Program-made: the position numbers and the translations under genes
Part shown: positions 44,400-53,957 of the stretch, piece after piece
Layout: each line of letters starts with the position of its first letter
Position numbering within the stretch: the stretch's first letter is position 1
Notes under the pieces: generated by a model
The model's input: the letters and a program-made list of their open reading frames with translations, nothing else
Database searches by the model: none
Told to the model about the DNA's origin: nothing
Virus record (IMG/VR): IMGVR_UViG_3300014205_000200
Coordinates: 25,162-89,161 of that record
Source of the DNA: a virus
Lineage: Duplodnaviria; Caudoviricetes
DNA: 64,000 bases
Strand: one strand, 5' to 3'

Positions 44400-46124
44400 A
44401 TGGCCGGTTTGATTCGTCGATTCACCACCTACCCGACGCTGGACGTCATCTTGTCGGTGCCGGGCGTCGTGATCATCGACCTGATCCCACCCGGGGTGTT
44501 TGCCGGGCGGACGACCGGCAAGGTTCTGTTGATCGGCGAGTGGCCCAAGGGTCCGCTCGTCACTCCGACCGATGTCGAGGGCGACCAGACGATCCAGTCG
44601 GTCTTCGGTGGCTTCTCGCTCTCGATGCGGGACCCGCTCAGCCCGGCCACCAATCCGTACTCGAACGGGTGCGCGTTCGCGTGGTTGAAAGATAAGGCGT
44701 TCCGGAGCCTGGCGCTGATCCGAGTCGACATGACGCTGGCCGAGGGGGTGAAGATCACCCTAGGCGGCACTCCCACCCCCCTGACGGCGGACGTGACGGT
44801 CCCGGCCGGAACCCGAGTTCGGGACGCCTCGGCGCCGACGGTCGAGTTCGCGCTCGCGCAGGACGTCGTCTTTGCGGCCGGCACCGACCTGGCGGTTGTG
44901 GCCTTCACGGCGTTCGACACCGCCAATCTGGCCGCCACCTACAGCACCCGAACGGTCTCGGGCATCCCGGTCTACAGCGTCCGCGGCGTGAGCGAAACGC
45001 TGGTCGGAGACGTCGATTCGGTCGACACCACCGACCTGTTCCGGGCCGGCATCGGCCCCGGGACGGCGCTCCCGAGCCTGACGGTGGCGGCCTCGACTGG
45101 GGCGGTCGACGGAGCGGCGGCCAACGCGGCTGCCCTGACGGTCCTGACCAGCGGAGCGATCGACACCCGCTACACGAACGCCCTCGACGCTTCGTTGCCG
45201 GGTGGTCTGGTGACGTCGAACGTCTACGTCATCGCTTCGGCCCGGCAGAGCAACGCGATCCGGACCGCCCTGCTGGCCAACGCGGCGGCGGCCAGCGCGG
45301 TCGGGAACGGCCGACGGGCCGTCACCCGTCCGCCGATCGGGACCTTGCCGGCGAGCGCCATCAGCTCGGTGGCGCCCGGTGTTGGGGTGACGCGAGGGGA
45401 TCGCAACTTCTACTGCTACCCTCACGCGCGCCAGCTGCTGCCTGAGATCGCTGCTTTGGACCCGTCCGAGGTCATCAGCTCGCCCCGGATCTTGGTCGGC
45501 GCCGACGCCTGGATGGCCAGCCTGCTGTCGATCCTGCCGCCCGAGAACAACCCGGGCCAGTCGACCCAGGACGTCGTGAGCGGCGGCCTGCTGCTGCCCA
45601 TCTTGGAGCTGGAGAGCGGCCTGACGACGGCCGGGCAGCCGACCGCCTTTACGGCCACCAACTACGAGCAGTTCCAGGCCTCGGGGGTGTGCGCCCTCTA
45701 CCGGTCGCCTCAGCTGAGCGAGTGGGTGTTCATGAGCGGCGTAACGAGCGTCGATCCGTCGCTCTACCCATCGCTGACCCGCATTAGCCGGCGCGACATG
45801 GCGGACTTCATTCAGGACAGCCTGGCGGCCGTGAGCCTGCCGTACAGCAAGAAGCCGGCGACCGACGATCGGTACGACTCGCTGGTGGCCGAGATGGACG
45901 ACTTCCTGGCGGGTCTGCTGTCGGAGGACAACCCGGCCGCTCAGCGGATCTCGGCCTACAGTCTCGACTCCAAGTCGGGCAACACCCTTTCGCTCCAGGG
46001 TAGCGGCATCCGGGTGGTGTTGATCAGCGTCCAGACGCTCGACGAGCTGGACGACATCGTCCTCCAGACCAACATCGGTCCGACGGTGGTGATTTCGGAA
46101 GTCGAGGTCAGCGGGATCCTGTAG
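44400..46124 (+). CDS. contractile tail sheath protein
   Basis: N-terminal PGVVIID...LLIGEWPKGP; C-terminal SGVTS...RISRRDMADFIQDSL...SAYS. Confidence 0.85.
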   Translation: MAGLIRRFTTYPTLDVILSVPGVVIIDLIPPGVFAGRTTGKVLLIGEWPKGPLVTPTDVEGDQTIQSVFGGFSLSMRDPLSPATNPYSNGCAFAWLKDKAFRSLALIRVDMTLAEGVKITLGGTPTPLTADVTVPAGTRVRDASAPTVEFALAQDVVFAAGTDLAVVAFTAFDTANLAATYSTRTVSGIPVYSVRGVSETLVGDVDSVDTTDLFRAGIGPGTALPSLTVAASTGAVDGAAANAAALTVLTSGAIDTRYTNALDASLPGGLVTSNVYVIASARQSNAIRTALLANAAAASAVGNGRRAVTRPPIGTLPASAISSVAPGVGVTRGDRNFYCYPHARQLLPEIAALDPSEVISSPRILVGADAWMASLLSILPPENNPGQSTQDVVSGGLLLPILELESGLTTAGQPTAFTATNYEQFQASGVCALYRSPQLSEWVFMSGVTSVDPSLYPSLTRISRRDMADFIQDSLAAVSLPYSKKPATDDRYDSLVAEMDDFLAGLLSEDNPAAQRISAYSLDSKSGNTLSLQGSGIRVVLISVQTLDELDDIVLQTNIGPTVVISEVEVSGIL

Positions 46125-46171
46125 CGGCCTGGTCTTGACCCGGCCGCCGTCGGGGCCCTACAACGGTCCTC

Positions 46172-46621
46172 ATGGCGGAGAACAGGCTCAAGGGGCAAGA
46201 CGTTCAGATTCGGCTCAACCTGGGGCGGAACATCCTCCGAACCATCACGGCGGTCGACAGCTTCACCTTCACCTACCAATTCGCGATCCTGTCCAAGGGC
46301 TACTTGGGCGAGACGACGATGCGGAAGGACGACATCTTCAACGGCATCGCCGGCAATCTCCGGTTCGACCAGGAGAGCCAGGACGCTTTGGTGTTGCTCG
46401 ACACCATCAAGCGCAGGGCGCAGCGGCTCCCCGACGTGCCGGTCAACGAGACGGTCATCAACGCGGCCGTGACGTTGTCGTTTCCGAACGGCCAGCGTCC
46501 TCGGGTGGCGATCCGCGGTTTGGCGTTCGGCGACTCGAGCGTTGAGGTCAGCAGCCGGGACGCCTACGTCGGCACCCCGCTGTCGTTCGAGGCCCCGGAC
46601 GCCCGCGTCATCACCACCTAA
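46172..46621 (+). CDS. tail tube protein
   Basis: 149 aa, beta-rich, follows the sheath. Confidence 0.75.
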   Translation: MAENRLKGQDVQIRLNLGRNILRTITAVDSFTFTYQFAILSKGYLGETTMRKDDIFNGIAGNLRFDQESQDALVLLDTIKRRAQRLPDVPVNETVINAAVTLSFPNGQRPRVAIRGLAFGDSSVEVSSRDAYVGTPLSFEAPDARVITT

Positions 46622-46681
46622 CCCCGTGACCGAGCCGGCTTCGGCCGGCCCTCTGGCGGAACGACCGAGGAGGAGTACCCG

Positions 46682-47170
46682 ATGGATTCAGAAGACCTCA
46701 AGCCCGCACCGGCGATCGTTCGCCGATCGACCGTTCAGGAGGGGGCCGCCGCCCATGAGGCCCCGGGACCGCTCGAAAGCGCCCCCCGCCCGACCGACTT
46801 TCAATCCGGCTACAAGGGCCCGCTCTACACCTTCCGGGTGCCCGAGAAGGTTCGCGACGCCGCCCGGGACCCGGCCACCTTCACGCTTCGGGAGCTGACG
46901 CCCGACGATCATATCCAGGCCGCCCGGGTGGCGGCGCAGCGCGAACGGAATCCGAAGGTTCAGGGGATCATCATCGGCTACGAGAGTGCCAAGGCGGCCC
47001 TCTTCCGGGTGGACGGCCGGTTGGTGAACCACCTCGAGTTCGAGGGCGACGCTTATTTTGGCAAGTGGTCGTCGAAGGTTCAGGCGCTGGTGATGCTGGC
47101 GTTCAGCCGGGTGAGTCAGACGACCGACGAGGAGGACAAGGATTTTTTGGCCTCAATGGTCGTGAGCTAG
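46682..47170 (+). CDS. tail assembly chaperone (G-like)
   Basis: between tube and tape measure; slippery site near the 3' end. Confidence 0.75.
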   Translation: MDSEDLKPAPAIVRRSTVQEGAAAHEAPGPLESAPRPTDFQSGYKGPLYTFRVPEKVRDAARDPATFTLRELTPDDHIQAARVAAQRERNPKVQGIIIGYESAKAALFRVDGRLVNHLEFEGDAYFGKWSSKVQALVMLAFSRVSQTTDEEDKDFLASMVVS

Positions 47171-47355
47171 AGGGCCGACCCTCCTTTGGGCCCACCGAGA
47201 CGGAGCGCCGGATCTGGCGTCAGATCGCCTTCGTCGCCCGCCACGGCCATCAAAGCGTCGAGGTCCTTCGCCGGATGCGTAGCACCGAGTTGGACCTACT
47301 GTACGAGTACCTGGTCGAGCTGGTAGCCCAGGAGCCGCGCATCTCGCTCTGGTAG
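47143..47355 (+). other. -1 programmed frameshift site T TTT TTG (47143-47149) and GT-like extension ending at TAG 47355
   Basis: X XXY YYZ heptamer in frame; the -1 frame reads FFGLNGRELE...RQIAFVARHGH...ISLW. Confidence 0.8.
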
Positions 47356-47373
47356 CTGCTAGGATCCCCAACC

Positions 47374-49089
47374 ATGGCCGGCCTAGAGACCACCCACCGG
47401 ATCGTCGAGAAGATCGAAGTCACCGGGAAGAACGAAGCGAAGAACGCCTTCGCCCAGCTGGGCGGCGTCGCCGGGTGGGCCGCGAAGGCGCTCGGGTTGG
47501 CGAAGGTCGGCCAGGACGACACCAGCGAGTCGAGCCACAAGATGGCCGACGGGTTGAACGCGGCCGGGCAGGCGATGGCGGACCTGGCCCACAAGACTCC
47601 GGCGGCCGGTAAGAAGGTGGCCGGTGGGTTGAACCTCGGCAAGCTGGCGGCCGGAGCGTTCGCCGGTGCGGTGACGACAGCGGCGGCGGCCGTGACGGCG
47701 TTGGCGTGGAAGAGCTGGCACGCCAACGCGGCCTTCGACGACATGAACGACCACCTGACGGGTCTCTACATCGGGACCGCCAAGTGGGCGAAGTCGGAGG
47801 ATCCGATTGCCCGTTACGAGCGATCGGCCGCCGGTGCCGAGGCGACGCTCACCAAGTTTGAGGCGACCGCTTTTAAGACGGCCCAGACGGTGGAGAGCAT
47901 CGCCAACTTGGGTGGTGCGTTGGAGCCCACCATCTTCGCGGCCGGGAAGAGCGCTTGGGATCTGACGAAGGCGGTCGACGCTGCCGCCAGCGCGGCCGGT
48001 GTCCTTCAGATCAGCAACGAGCAGGCGGCGGCCAGCTTCAACCGGATGATCCTGACGGGGAAGAAGACGAAGGACCCGTTCGGCATGGTGGTCGGGACCG
48101 AGGCGGCGCTGAAGAAGACCGACTCGCTCGAGACCCGGATCAACAAGCTGACGGCAGCGGCGGCGAAGGTTGGTGCGCCGATCAGCAAGCTGTCGCAGGG
48201 GACCAGCGAGTCTTTCACCCGGGCCGAGATGTTGATCACCAGCATCGCTCGGAAGCTCGGGGCGGGCCCGATCGAGAAGCTCGGCAAGGCGGTCGGGTGG
48301 GTGGTCGATCAGTTCGGCGACGGCGAGGAGGCGGTGGCGGCCATTTCGGCCAAGCTCGACGGGGTCTGGGATGCCGCGACGGTGGTAAGCCGGGTCTTCG
48401 AGACGCCGGTGAAGCTCGCCTGGGAGTTTGGGAAAGCGCTCTTCACCGGGTCGGGTTACTTCCGAACGATCGGCGGGTTGATCCAGGACGTCGGTCACTT
48501 CCTTTTAAACCTGGTCGTCAAGCCGATGGAGATCATCGGTCTCGGCGCCAAGGTGGTCGTTCAGGCGGTGAAGGATTGGAATTCGCCGGAGGGTGGCTTT
48601 CGGAAGACCAAGACGCTGGTCGATTCGATCGTCCTGAAGATGCGCGAGTTCTGGGAACCGGTGTTTGACGGCTTCTCGAAGATGGCCGGGTTGGCGTTGC
48701 CGGCCTGGTTGACCGACAAGGTTCCGGTCCTCGGGCAGCTGAAGGACTGGGCCCAGAACGGCGCCGAGAAGTTTAAGAAGACCAACCGCGACATCGAGCG
48801 CGACATCGAGATGCGGCAGGACCTCTTCGGCATGGACCCGACGACCGAGTCTGGGAAGCGTCGGAAGATGGGCAAGTCCAAGGGCGAGGTCGAGACGGTT
48901 CTGAAGAAGCTGTTCGGTGAGAAGCGACCGCTGATCAACGTCGAAAACGTCAACATCAAACAGGACTTCCGCGACCAAGACCCCGATCGGGTGTTGGCCG
49001 AGTTCGTCGACGGCCTAGAGCGCCTGGGCGAGAATTCGATTCAGAGTCAGATCGCCGGTCGGTTGACGGCGCTCGGGCCTGGGGGGTGA
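47374..49089 (+). CDS. tape measure protein (short, 571 aa)
   Basis: Ala/Gly-rich helical protein with aromatic periodicity; position. Confidence 0.8.
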   Translation: MAGLETTHRIVEKIEVTGKNEAKNAFAQLGGVAGWAAKALGLAKVGQDDTSESSHKMADGLNAAGQAMADLAHKTPAAGKKVAGGLNLGKLAAGAFAGAVTTAAAAVTALAWKSWHANAAFDDMNDHLTGLYIGTAKWAKSEDPIARYERSAAGAEATLTKFEATAFKTAQTVESIANLGGALEPTIFAAGKSAWDLTKAVDAAASAAGVLQISNEQAAASFNRMILTGKKTKDPFGMVVGTEAALKKTDSLETRINKLTAAAAKVGAPISKLSQGTSESFTRAEMLITSIARKLGAGPIEKLGKAVGWVVDQFGDGEEAVAAISAKLDGVWDAATVVSRVFETPVKLAWEFGKALFTGSGYFRTIGGLIQDVGHFLLNLVVKPMEIIGLGAKVVVQAVKDWNSPEGGFRKTKTLVDSIVLKMREFWEPVFDGFSKMAGLALPAWLTDKVPVLGQLKDWAQNGAEKFKKTNRDIERDIEMRQDLFGMDPTTESGKRRKMGKSKGEVETVLKKLFGEKRPLINVENVNIKQDFRDQDPDRVLAEFVDGLERLGENSIQSQIAGRLTALGPGG

Positions 49090-49092
49090 CGC

Positions 49093-50214
49093 ATGGCTCG
49101 TTCGGACCCGACCGACTTCGTCTTCACCGTTCTGGAGGGCCCGTTGGCCGGGTTCGTGGTGCCGCTCAACGGCTGGTCGGCGCCGTTCCGCGGGGGCGAC
49201 GGGGGTGAGATCTCGTTCGGCCGGCAGATGCGCAAGCGCACCGTCTGGTACCCGGGCAGCAAGGTCGGCCTTCAGCAGATCATCGGCCCCAAGCTGGAGC
49301 CGACCAAGATCAACGGCTACTGGCCGGAGCGCTACCTCGGGACCGACGTGCCGATCGATCTCGTCGAGACCTTCGAGGCCATCACCGACTCGGGGGCCCA
49401 GGTCCGGATCGACTGGGAGACCCGCACGCTCGTCGGGACGATCGGCGACTTCAAGTGGGTGCCGGGCGATCCGGTCGGTGGCCTGACCGACATCACCTGG
49501 TCGCTCACGTTCGACCCCGTCTCGGAGGGGGACGATCGGACGCCGCCTCGCGTGCAGGGGCAGCGCGCCAACGCGCGTGACGACCTGGTGAGCGCCGCAA
49601 CCCGGGGGGCCGAGGTGGCGGCTTCGATCGAGGCCTTCGTCGAGTCGGTCGGGAGCTTCGTCGGGCTCGTCAACGCAGGGTTCCAGCCCGACAAGCGGGC
49701 GCTCGAGGACCTGCTGACCCAGGTCAACCAGTCGGTCACCCAGGAGGCGACGATAGCGGCCTCGATGGTGGACGACATCGACCTGACGCCCCAGGCGGTC
49801 AACGGCGCGGCGACGACAGCGGCGGCGGCCGTCTACCAGCTGGGCGAGGTCAGTCGGGTCGCGACCGACATCTTCCCGGCCGCCGTTGTGGTGTCGGACG
49901 ACCTAGCGGCGATCCTCAACGAGGCGGTGGCGCGGTTCGATCTTTCCGACCATGCGATCGAGGCTATGGAGGAGCAGTTCAGCGCTCGGGTTCGGTTCGA
50001 GAACCAGGCCCGGCCGGCCGCCTATGTGCGGGTTCCGGCCGTCGTCGGGATGGATCTCCGCGACCTGGCGATCGACTACTACGGCAACGCCGATCTGTGG
50101 TTCCGGATTGCCGAGCGCAACGGCCTGGACGACAGCCGGATCCCGGACGACATCGATGAGATCCTGATCCCGCTGTCGCTCCCCGAGAGCGACGACCCGC
50201 GGGTGGGGGCGTGA
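49093..50214 (+). CDS. tail tube initiator / baseplate protein with C-terminal LysM-like motif
   Basis: DLRDLAIDYYGNADLWFRIAERNGL...ILIP. Confidence 0.7.
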   Translation: MARSDPTDFVFTVLEGPLAGFVVPLNGWSAPFRGGDGGEISFGRQMRKRTVWYPGSKVGLQQIIGPKLEPTKINGYWPERYLGTDVPIDLVETFEAITDSGAQVRIDWETRTLVGTIGDFKWVPGDPVGGLTDITWSLTFDPVSEGDDRTPPRVQGQRANARDDLVSAATRGAEVAASIEAFVESVGSFVGLVNAGFQPDKRALEDLLTQVNQSVTQEATIAASMVDDIDLTPQAVNGAATTAAAAVYQLGEVSRVATDIFPAAVVVSDDLAAILNEAVARFDLSDHAIEAMEEQFSARVRFENQARPAAYVRVPAVVGMDLRDLAIDYYGNADLWFRIAERNGLDDSRIPDDIDEILIPLSLPESDDPRVGA

Positions 50215-52082
50215 GTTCGGTCAGGGTTGAGATCCCCGGGTTGGTGAAGCGGCGCTACTTCGCTTCGACTCGGACGATCCTGTTGGTCCGGTTCGACCCC
50301 GGGACGGCCGACGACTACTCGGTTCAGGAGATCCGGGACGAGCTGACGCCGAACCCCCAGTGGGCCCAGCGACTCCGCGACCGTCAGTCGATCCTGCTGG
50401 GTCAGTCGGCCTCGCAGGGGTTGCAGGTGGTGCCGAAGGACGTCGCCCGGGCGGCCATCACGGAGGCGAACCGGAACATCGCCTTCTCGGTCGCGCGCGT
50501 GCCCCGGCGGGACGGTTTGTCGCGCTACCTGGACGTGATCCCCCAGCGGTCCACCCGGAAGCTCAACTCGGCCCGGCTGGCGGACGAGCTGGAGATTGAG
50601 CTGGACTGGAAGGCGTTCCCGTTCGACGCCCGGCTGGTGCGGGCGATCCTGATCCTTCACTACGAAGGCACCGTGACGGCGACCGACTTCGGGGTGGGGA
50701 TCGACGGCCGAACCCGGCAGTCGCTCGTCCCGGCCATCGGATCCAACCTTCGGTTCATCGGCCTGGCGGACGAGATCCAGGACGGCCACTCGGCCGACGG
50801 CGACACGCTGTTGATCAAGGGCCGGGACCTGACGCAGCTTTTGATCGACGCCGACGTGCCGACCGACCTTCAGGTGAAGGTGAAGGGGGGCAGCAGCGTG
50901 GCGGAGCTGGTCCGCAACATCCTCGACACCACTCCGACCGGCCAGCTGTTGCGGGGTCCAATCCTCCGGACCCTGTCGGGCCGACCGGTCGCGCTCGATG
51001 TGAAGCGCTACCCGCGGTTGGCCTTCAGCCCGAAGGAGCTACACCGGGTCAACAAGACCGGCCAGACGCCGGTCGCGACCTTCGTCCCGTCGCTGCCCAA
51101 GCAGTCGGGTGCGACGTCGCTCAACTACTGGGACCTGATCACCGACCTGTGCGTCAGCCACGAGCTGCGGCCCTCCATCGAGCGTGACCAGCTGGTGCTC
51201 TACGATCCCCGGATCGTCTATCGGCGGTCGCCTGTGGCGGAGGTCAACCAGCTCGGCACCACGCCGAGCTTTCCCGCTCCCTACCGTCAGCAGGTGGGCG
51301 ACACCCGGACGGTGCGGGAGATGGTGTACGGCTACAACCTGAGCACGCTGGCGTTCAGTCGGAAGTTCGGCAAGATCAAGACCCCGACGGTCGAGGTGGT
51401 GGGTTACGACCCGGACGCTCCGTTGTCGGACCGGCGACGCTTGGTCGAAAGGTTCCCCCGAACGCCGGTCGCCAACCAGGTGGATCCGACCGGCGAGGTG
51501 GCGGAGGACAAGATCTTCCCGGTCCAGCTCCCCGGCATTATCGACCGGACGGCCCTCCGGCGCATCGCCGAGCAGGTCTACGAGGACATCGCCCGCCAGG
51601 AGATCTCGCTCAGCATGGAGACGTCCGATCTGTCGAGCTTCAGCGACGCCCCGGGCCACGACCCCAACGAGGACCCGGACCTTTTGGGGCTTCGGTTCGC
51701 CGACCCGATCAAGATTTCGGTGGGCGATTCGGTCGCGCAGACGAGCCGGCTCTACAGCCTGAGCGAGCTGAACCGGATGGTGGCCCGGTCCCGCCAGGCG
51801 GCAGACGCGGTCGGATCCAAGCCGGAGCTGACGAACGCGATCGAGTTCCTGGTCGCCCAGGGGTGGTCGGAGCCGGACGCCCGCCAGCTGGCCCGCCTGC
51901 TCCAGATCGCCAACCTGCCGTCCGAGTTTCGGGTCGTGGGGGCGACCTACAGCTGGTCGGTCGAGGACGGGTTCACGATCACGATCGACGCCAAGACCTA
52001 CATCCAGGTTCGGATCGACCGAGCGGATGCCGATCGATCGGTGGGTGGTTCTCGGGGTAGCCTGATCGAGGGAGTTGGCTGA
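50211..52082 (+). CDS. baseplate hub protein (P2 gpD / Mu gp44-like)
   Basis: LLIKGRDLTQLLID, YWDLITDLC, LRFADPIKI, FRVVGATYSW. Confidence 0.7.
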   Translation: MSSVRVEIPGLVKRRYFASTRTILLVRFDPGTADDYSVQEIRDELTPNPQWAQRLRDRQSILLGQSASQGLQVVPKDVARAAITEANRNIAFSVARVPRRDGLSRYLDVIPQRSTRKLNSARLADELEIELDWKAFPFDARLVRAILILHYEGTVTATDFGVGIDGRTRQSLVPAIGSNLRFIGLADEIQDGHSADGDTLLIKGRDLTQLLIDADVPTDLQVKVKGGSSVAELVRNILDTTPTGQLLRGPILRTLSGRPVALDVKRYPRLAFSPKELHRVNKTGQTPVATFVPSLPKQSGATSLNYWDLITDLCVSHELRPSIERDQLVLYDPRIVYRRSPVAEVNQLGTTPSFPAPYRQQVGDTRTVREMVYGYNLSTLAFSRKFGKIKTPTVEVVGYDPDAPLSDRRRLVERFPRTPVANQVDPTGEVAEDKIFPVQLPGIIDRTALRRIAEQVYEDIARQEISLSMETSDLSSFSDAPGHDPNEDPDLLGLRFADPIKISVGDSVAQTSRLYSLSELNRMVARSRQAADAVGSKPELTNAIEFLVAQGWSEPDARQLARLLQIANLPSEFRVVGATYSWSVEDGFTITIDAKTYIQVRIDRADADRSVGGSRGSLIEGVG

Positions 52083-52636
52083 TGGCCGGACGAGGACGAA
52101 CGACCCGGCGCCGGACCGCGACTGCCGGCATCGACATGCAGCGGATCGGGCGCGGTCTAGCGTCGCCCGGGATGGACCCCCGGCCATGGGTCGTCAGTGC
52201 GACGGTGGGGATCGTCGACGACAACGGTCAGTTCAGCACGGTCGCGCCCGCCGGGGGGCCTCGCTCGAGTGAGGCGGTGGCGGTTGAGCGGAATGGCGCG
52301 ATCGTCTCGGTCCGGATCGAGAGCACCGGCGAGGTCGTGAACGTCCGCTACAACGGCATCGCGGTGGGGCGGTTCGGCGCGATGCTGGTCCCGCTCCGCC
52401 CGGGCGATGAGGTTTTGGTGGCGTTCCCGGACGGCAATATCCGCCACGCCGGTTCCGCCATCGTGGCGCTCCAGAGCAACCAGACGGCCCGGCTGCCGGC
52501 CGACTGGGCCAACGAGCGGGTGCTGTTCGTCCTGAACGTTCCGTTCGAGATCCGGGCCCCGACGATCAACCTGACGGCAGCCGGCGGAGTGACGATCAAC
52601 GGCCGGTCGGTGGGGCCCGGCCCCGAAGGAATCTAG
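52082..52636 (+). CDS. baseplate spike (gpV/gp5 OB-fold-like)
   Basis: VPLRPGDEVLVAFPDGN; short beta-helix-like C-terminus. Confidence 0.7.
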   Translation: MAGRGRTTRRRTATAGIDMQRIGRGLASPGMDPRPWVVSATVGIVDDNGQFSTVAPAGGPRSSEAVAVERNGAIVSVRIESTGEVVNVRYNGIAVGRFGAMLVPLRPGDEVLVAFPDGNIRHAGSAIVALQSNQTARLPADWANERVLFVLNVPFEIRAPTINLTAAGGVTINGRSVGPGPEGI

Positions 52637-53893
52637 ATGGCGATCGAGCTGAACGACGCACCCGACATCGATACGTTCTGCAAGACGTTCGAGCTTCCAC
52701 CGGACGGGACCGGGCTGCTGCGGCTGATGGGCGGCTTCGACATGCAGGCCCAGATCAACCCCAACCAGGGGCCGCCGGGTAGCTGCGGCCTGTCGCTCGA
52801 TCTGATGGGCAACGTGCAGGGGATGCTGGCCGTCTTCCAGCCGCTCTTCGACGTGATCGATCTGGTGGCCCAGACGGCCGCCATCGCGCAGTTGATCACC
52901 GAGTGCCTGAGCAACCCGCTGAAGTTCGCCGACCTGATCGTTGCCGTCCTGAACCTAACCGGGAAGGTCAACAAGGTCCTGGCGCTCGTGCCGCCGCTCC
53001 CCCAGGGGCTCGTCCGGGCGATCGGGATGGCGCTCGACATCCTGCGGCTTTGCTCGACCCAGCTCGATTGTCTGGTGACGGTGCTGACCTCTATCCAGGC
53101 CGAGCTGAACGCGCTCGCCGATCTGGCGAGCCAGCTAAACGAAGTCGACGACGAGCAGCTCCGGGCCCAGCTTCAGGTCCAGATCGACTGCGCTCAAGCG
53201 TCGGTCGAGGTGAAGATCGACACCGCATCGGCCGCCTTCGGTCCGGTCGCCCGGCTGCTCTGCTTCGCCCGAGCGTTGCTGATCTTGGCCGATCCGAAGG
53301 ACGAGAAGGGGCTCAAGACCCTGGCGAAGCAGCTCCAGATCCCTGACCCGTCGAACATCAACGTCCTGGGCGACGTCATCTCCGTGTTGGCGACCGTCCA
53401 GGGGGTGCTCCAAACCGCCATCGAGGTGGTGCGGCTCATCGGCACCCCGCTCGGGCTCGCACCCCCGAGCCTGATCTTCACCTGCCCGCTCGACACCAGC
53501 GACGACGACGAGGGGGCGGTGCCGCTCCAGCCGGTTCTGCTGAGCGCTACCGAGGCCGACGGTGTGACGCCGCTGATCTCCATCCCGCAGGCGGCCTCGG
53601 TCAACGATCCCCCGGCGACCGTGACGCTCATCGGAGGAGGGTTCGACGCGGCCTCGAAGGTGTTCTGGAACACGGCCCAGATCGACGCCTCGGCGATTCA
53701 GCAGATGTCGAGCCGGCAACTACTGGTCCAGATCCCGGCCGCCCTCCGGCTCAACGTAGGGTCATTCCTGTTTAGCGTCGCCAACGAACCGACCGGCGGC
53801 CCGACTCCCTTCAGCGGCATCAGCGCAATCGCCGGCCAGCTGGGGGAGACGGACATTAAGATTTCGGAGTTGCTCGAGGTCGAAGTCGTCTGA
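52637..53893 (+). CDS. unknown baseplate-region protein: helical N-domain plus C-terminal IPT/TIG-like domain
   Basis: VTLIGGGF..ASKVFWN...LLVQIP...FSVAN. Confidence 0.5.
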   Translation: MAIELNDAPDIDTFCKTFELPPDGTGLLRLMGGFDMQAQINPNQGPPGSCGLSLDLMGNVQGMLAVFQPLFDVIDLVAQTAAIAQLITECLSNPLKFADLIVAVLNLTGKVNKVLALVPPLPQGLVRAIGMALDILRLCSTQLDCLVTVLTSIQAELNALADLASQLNEVDDEQLRAQLQVQIDCAQASVEVKIDTASAAFGPVARLLCFARALLILADPKDEKGLKTLAKQLQIPDPSNINVLGDVISVLATVQGVLQTAIEVVRLIGTPLGLAPPSLIFTCPLDTSDDDEGAVPLQPVLLSATEADGVTPLISIPQAASVNDPPATVTLIGGGFDAASKVFWNTAQIDASAIQQMSSRQLLVQIPAALRLNVGSFLFSVANEPTGGPTPFSGISAIAGQLGETDIKISELLEVEVV

Positions 53894-53894
53894 C

Positions 53895-53910
53895 GAGAAC
53901 GCGCGTTCTC
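53895..53910. repeat. 16-bp palindrome copy 10
   Basis: exact match, 1 nt after TGA. Confidence 0.95.
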
Positions 53911-53957
53911 AGCCGGCCCTCGACTCGACGGCCCGGCCCGGGCTACAAACGACCGGC

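Noticed and set aside
46634-46649. GCCGGC-TTCG-GCCGGC hairpin as an intrinsic terminator after the tube gene
   Set aside because: No U-tract follows; more likely a stabilising hairpin, so not called as a terminator.
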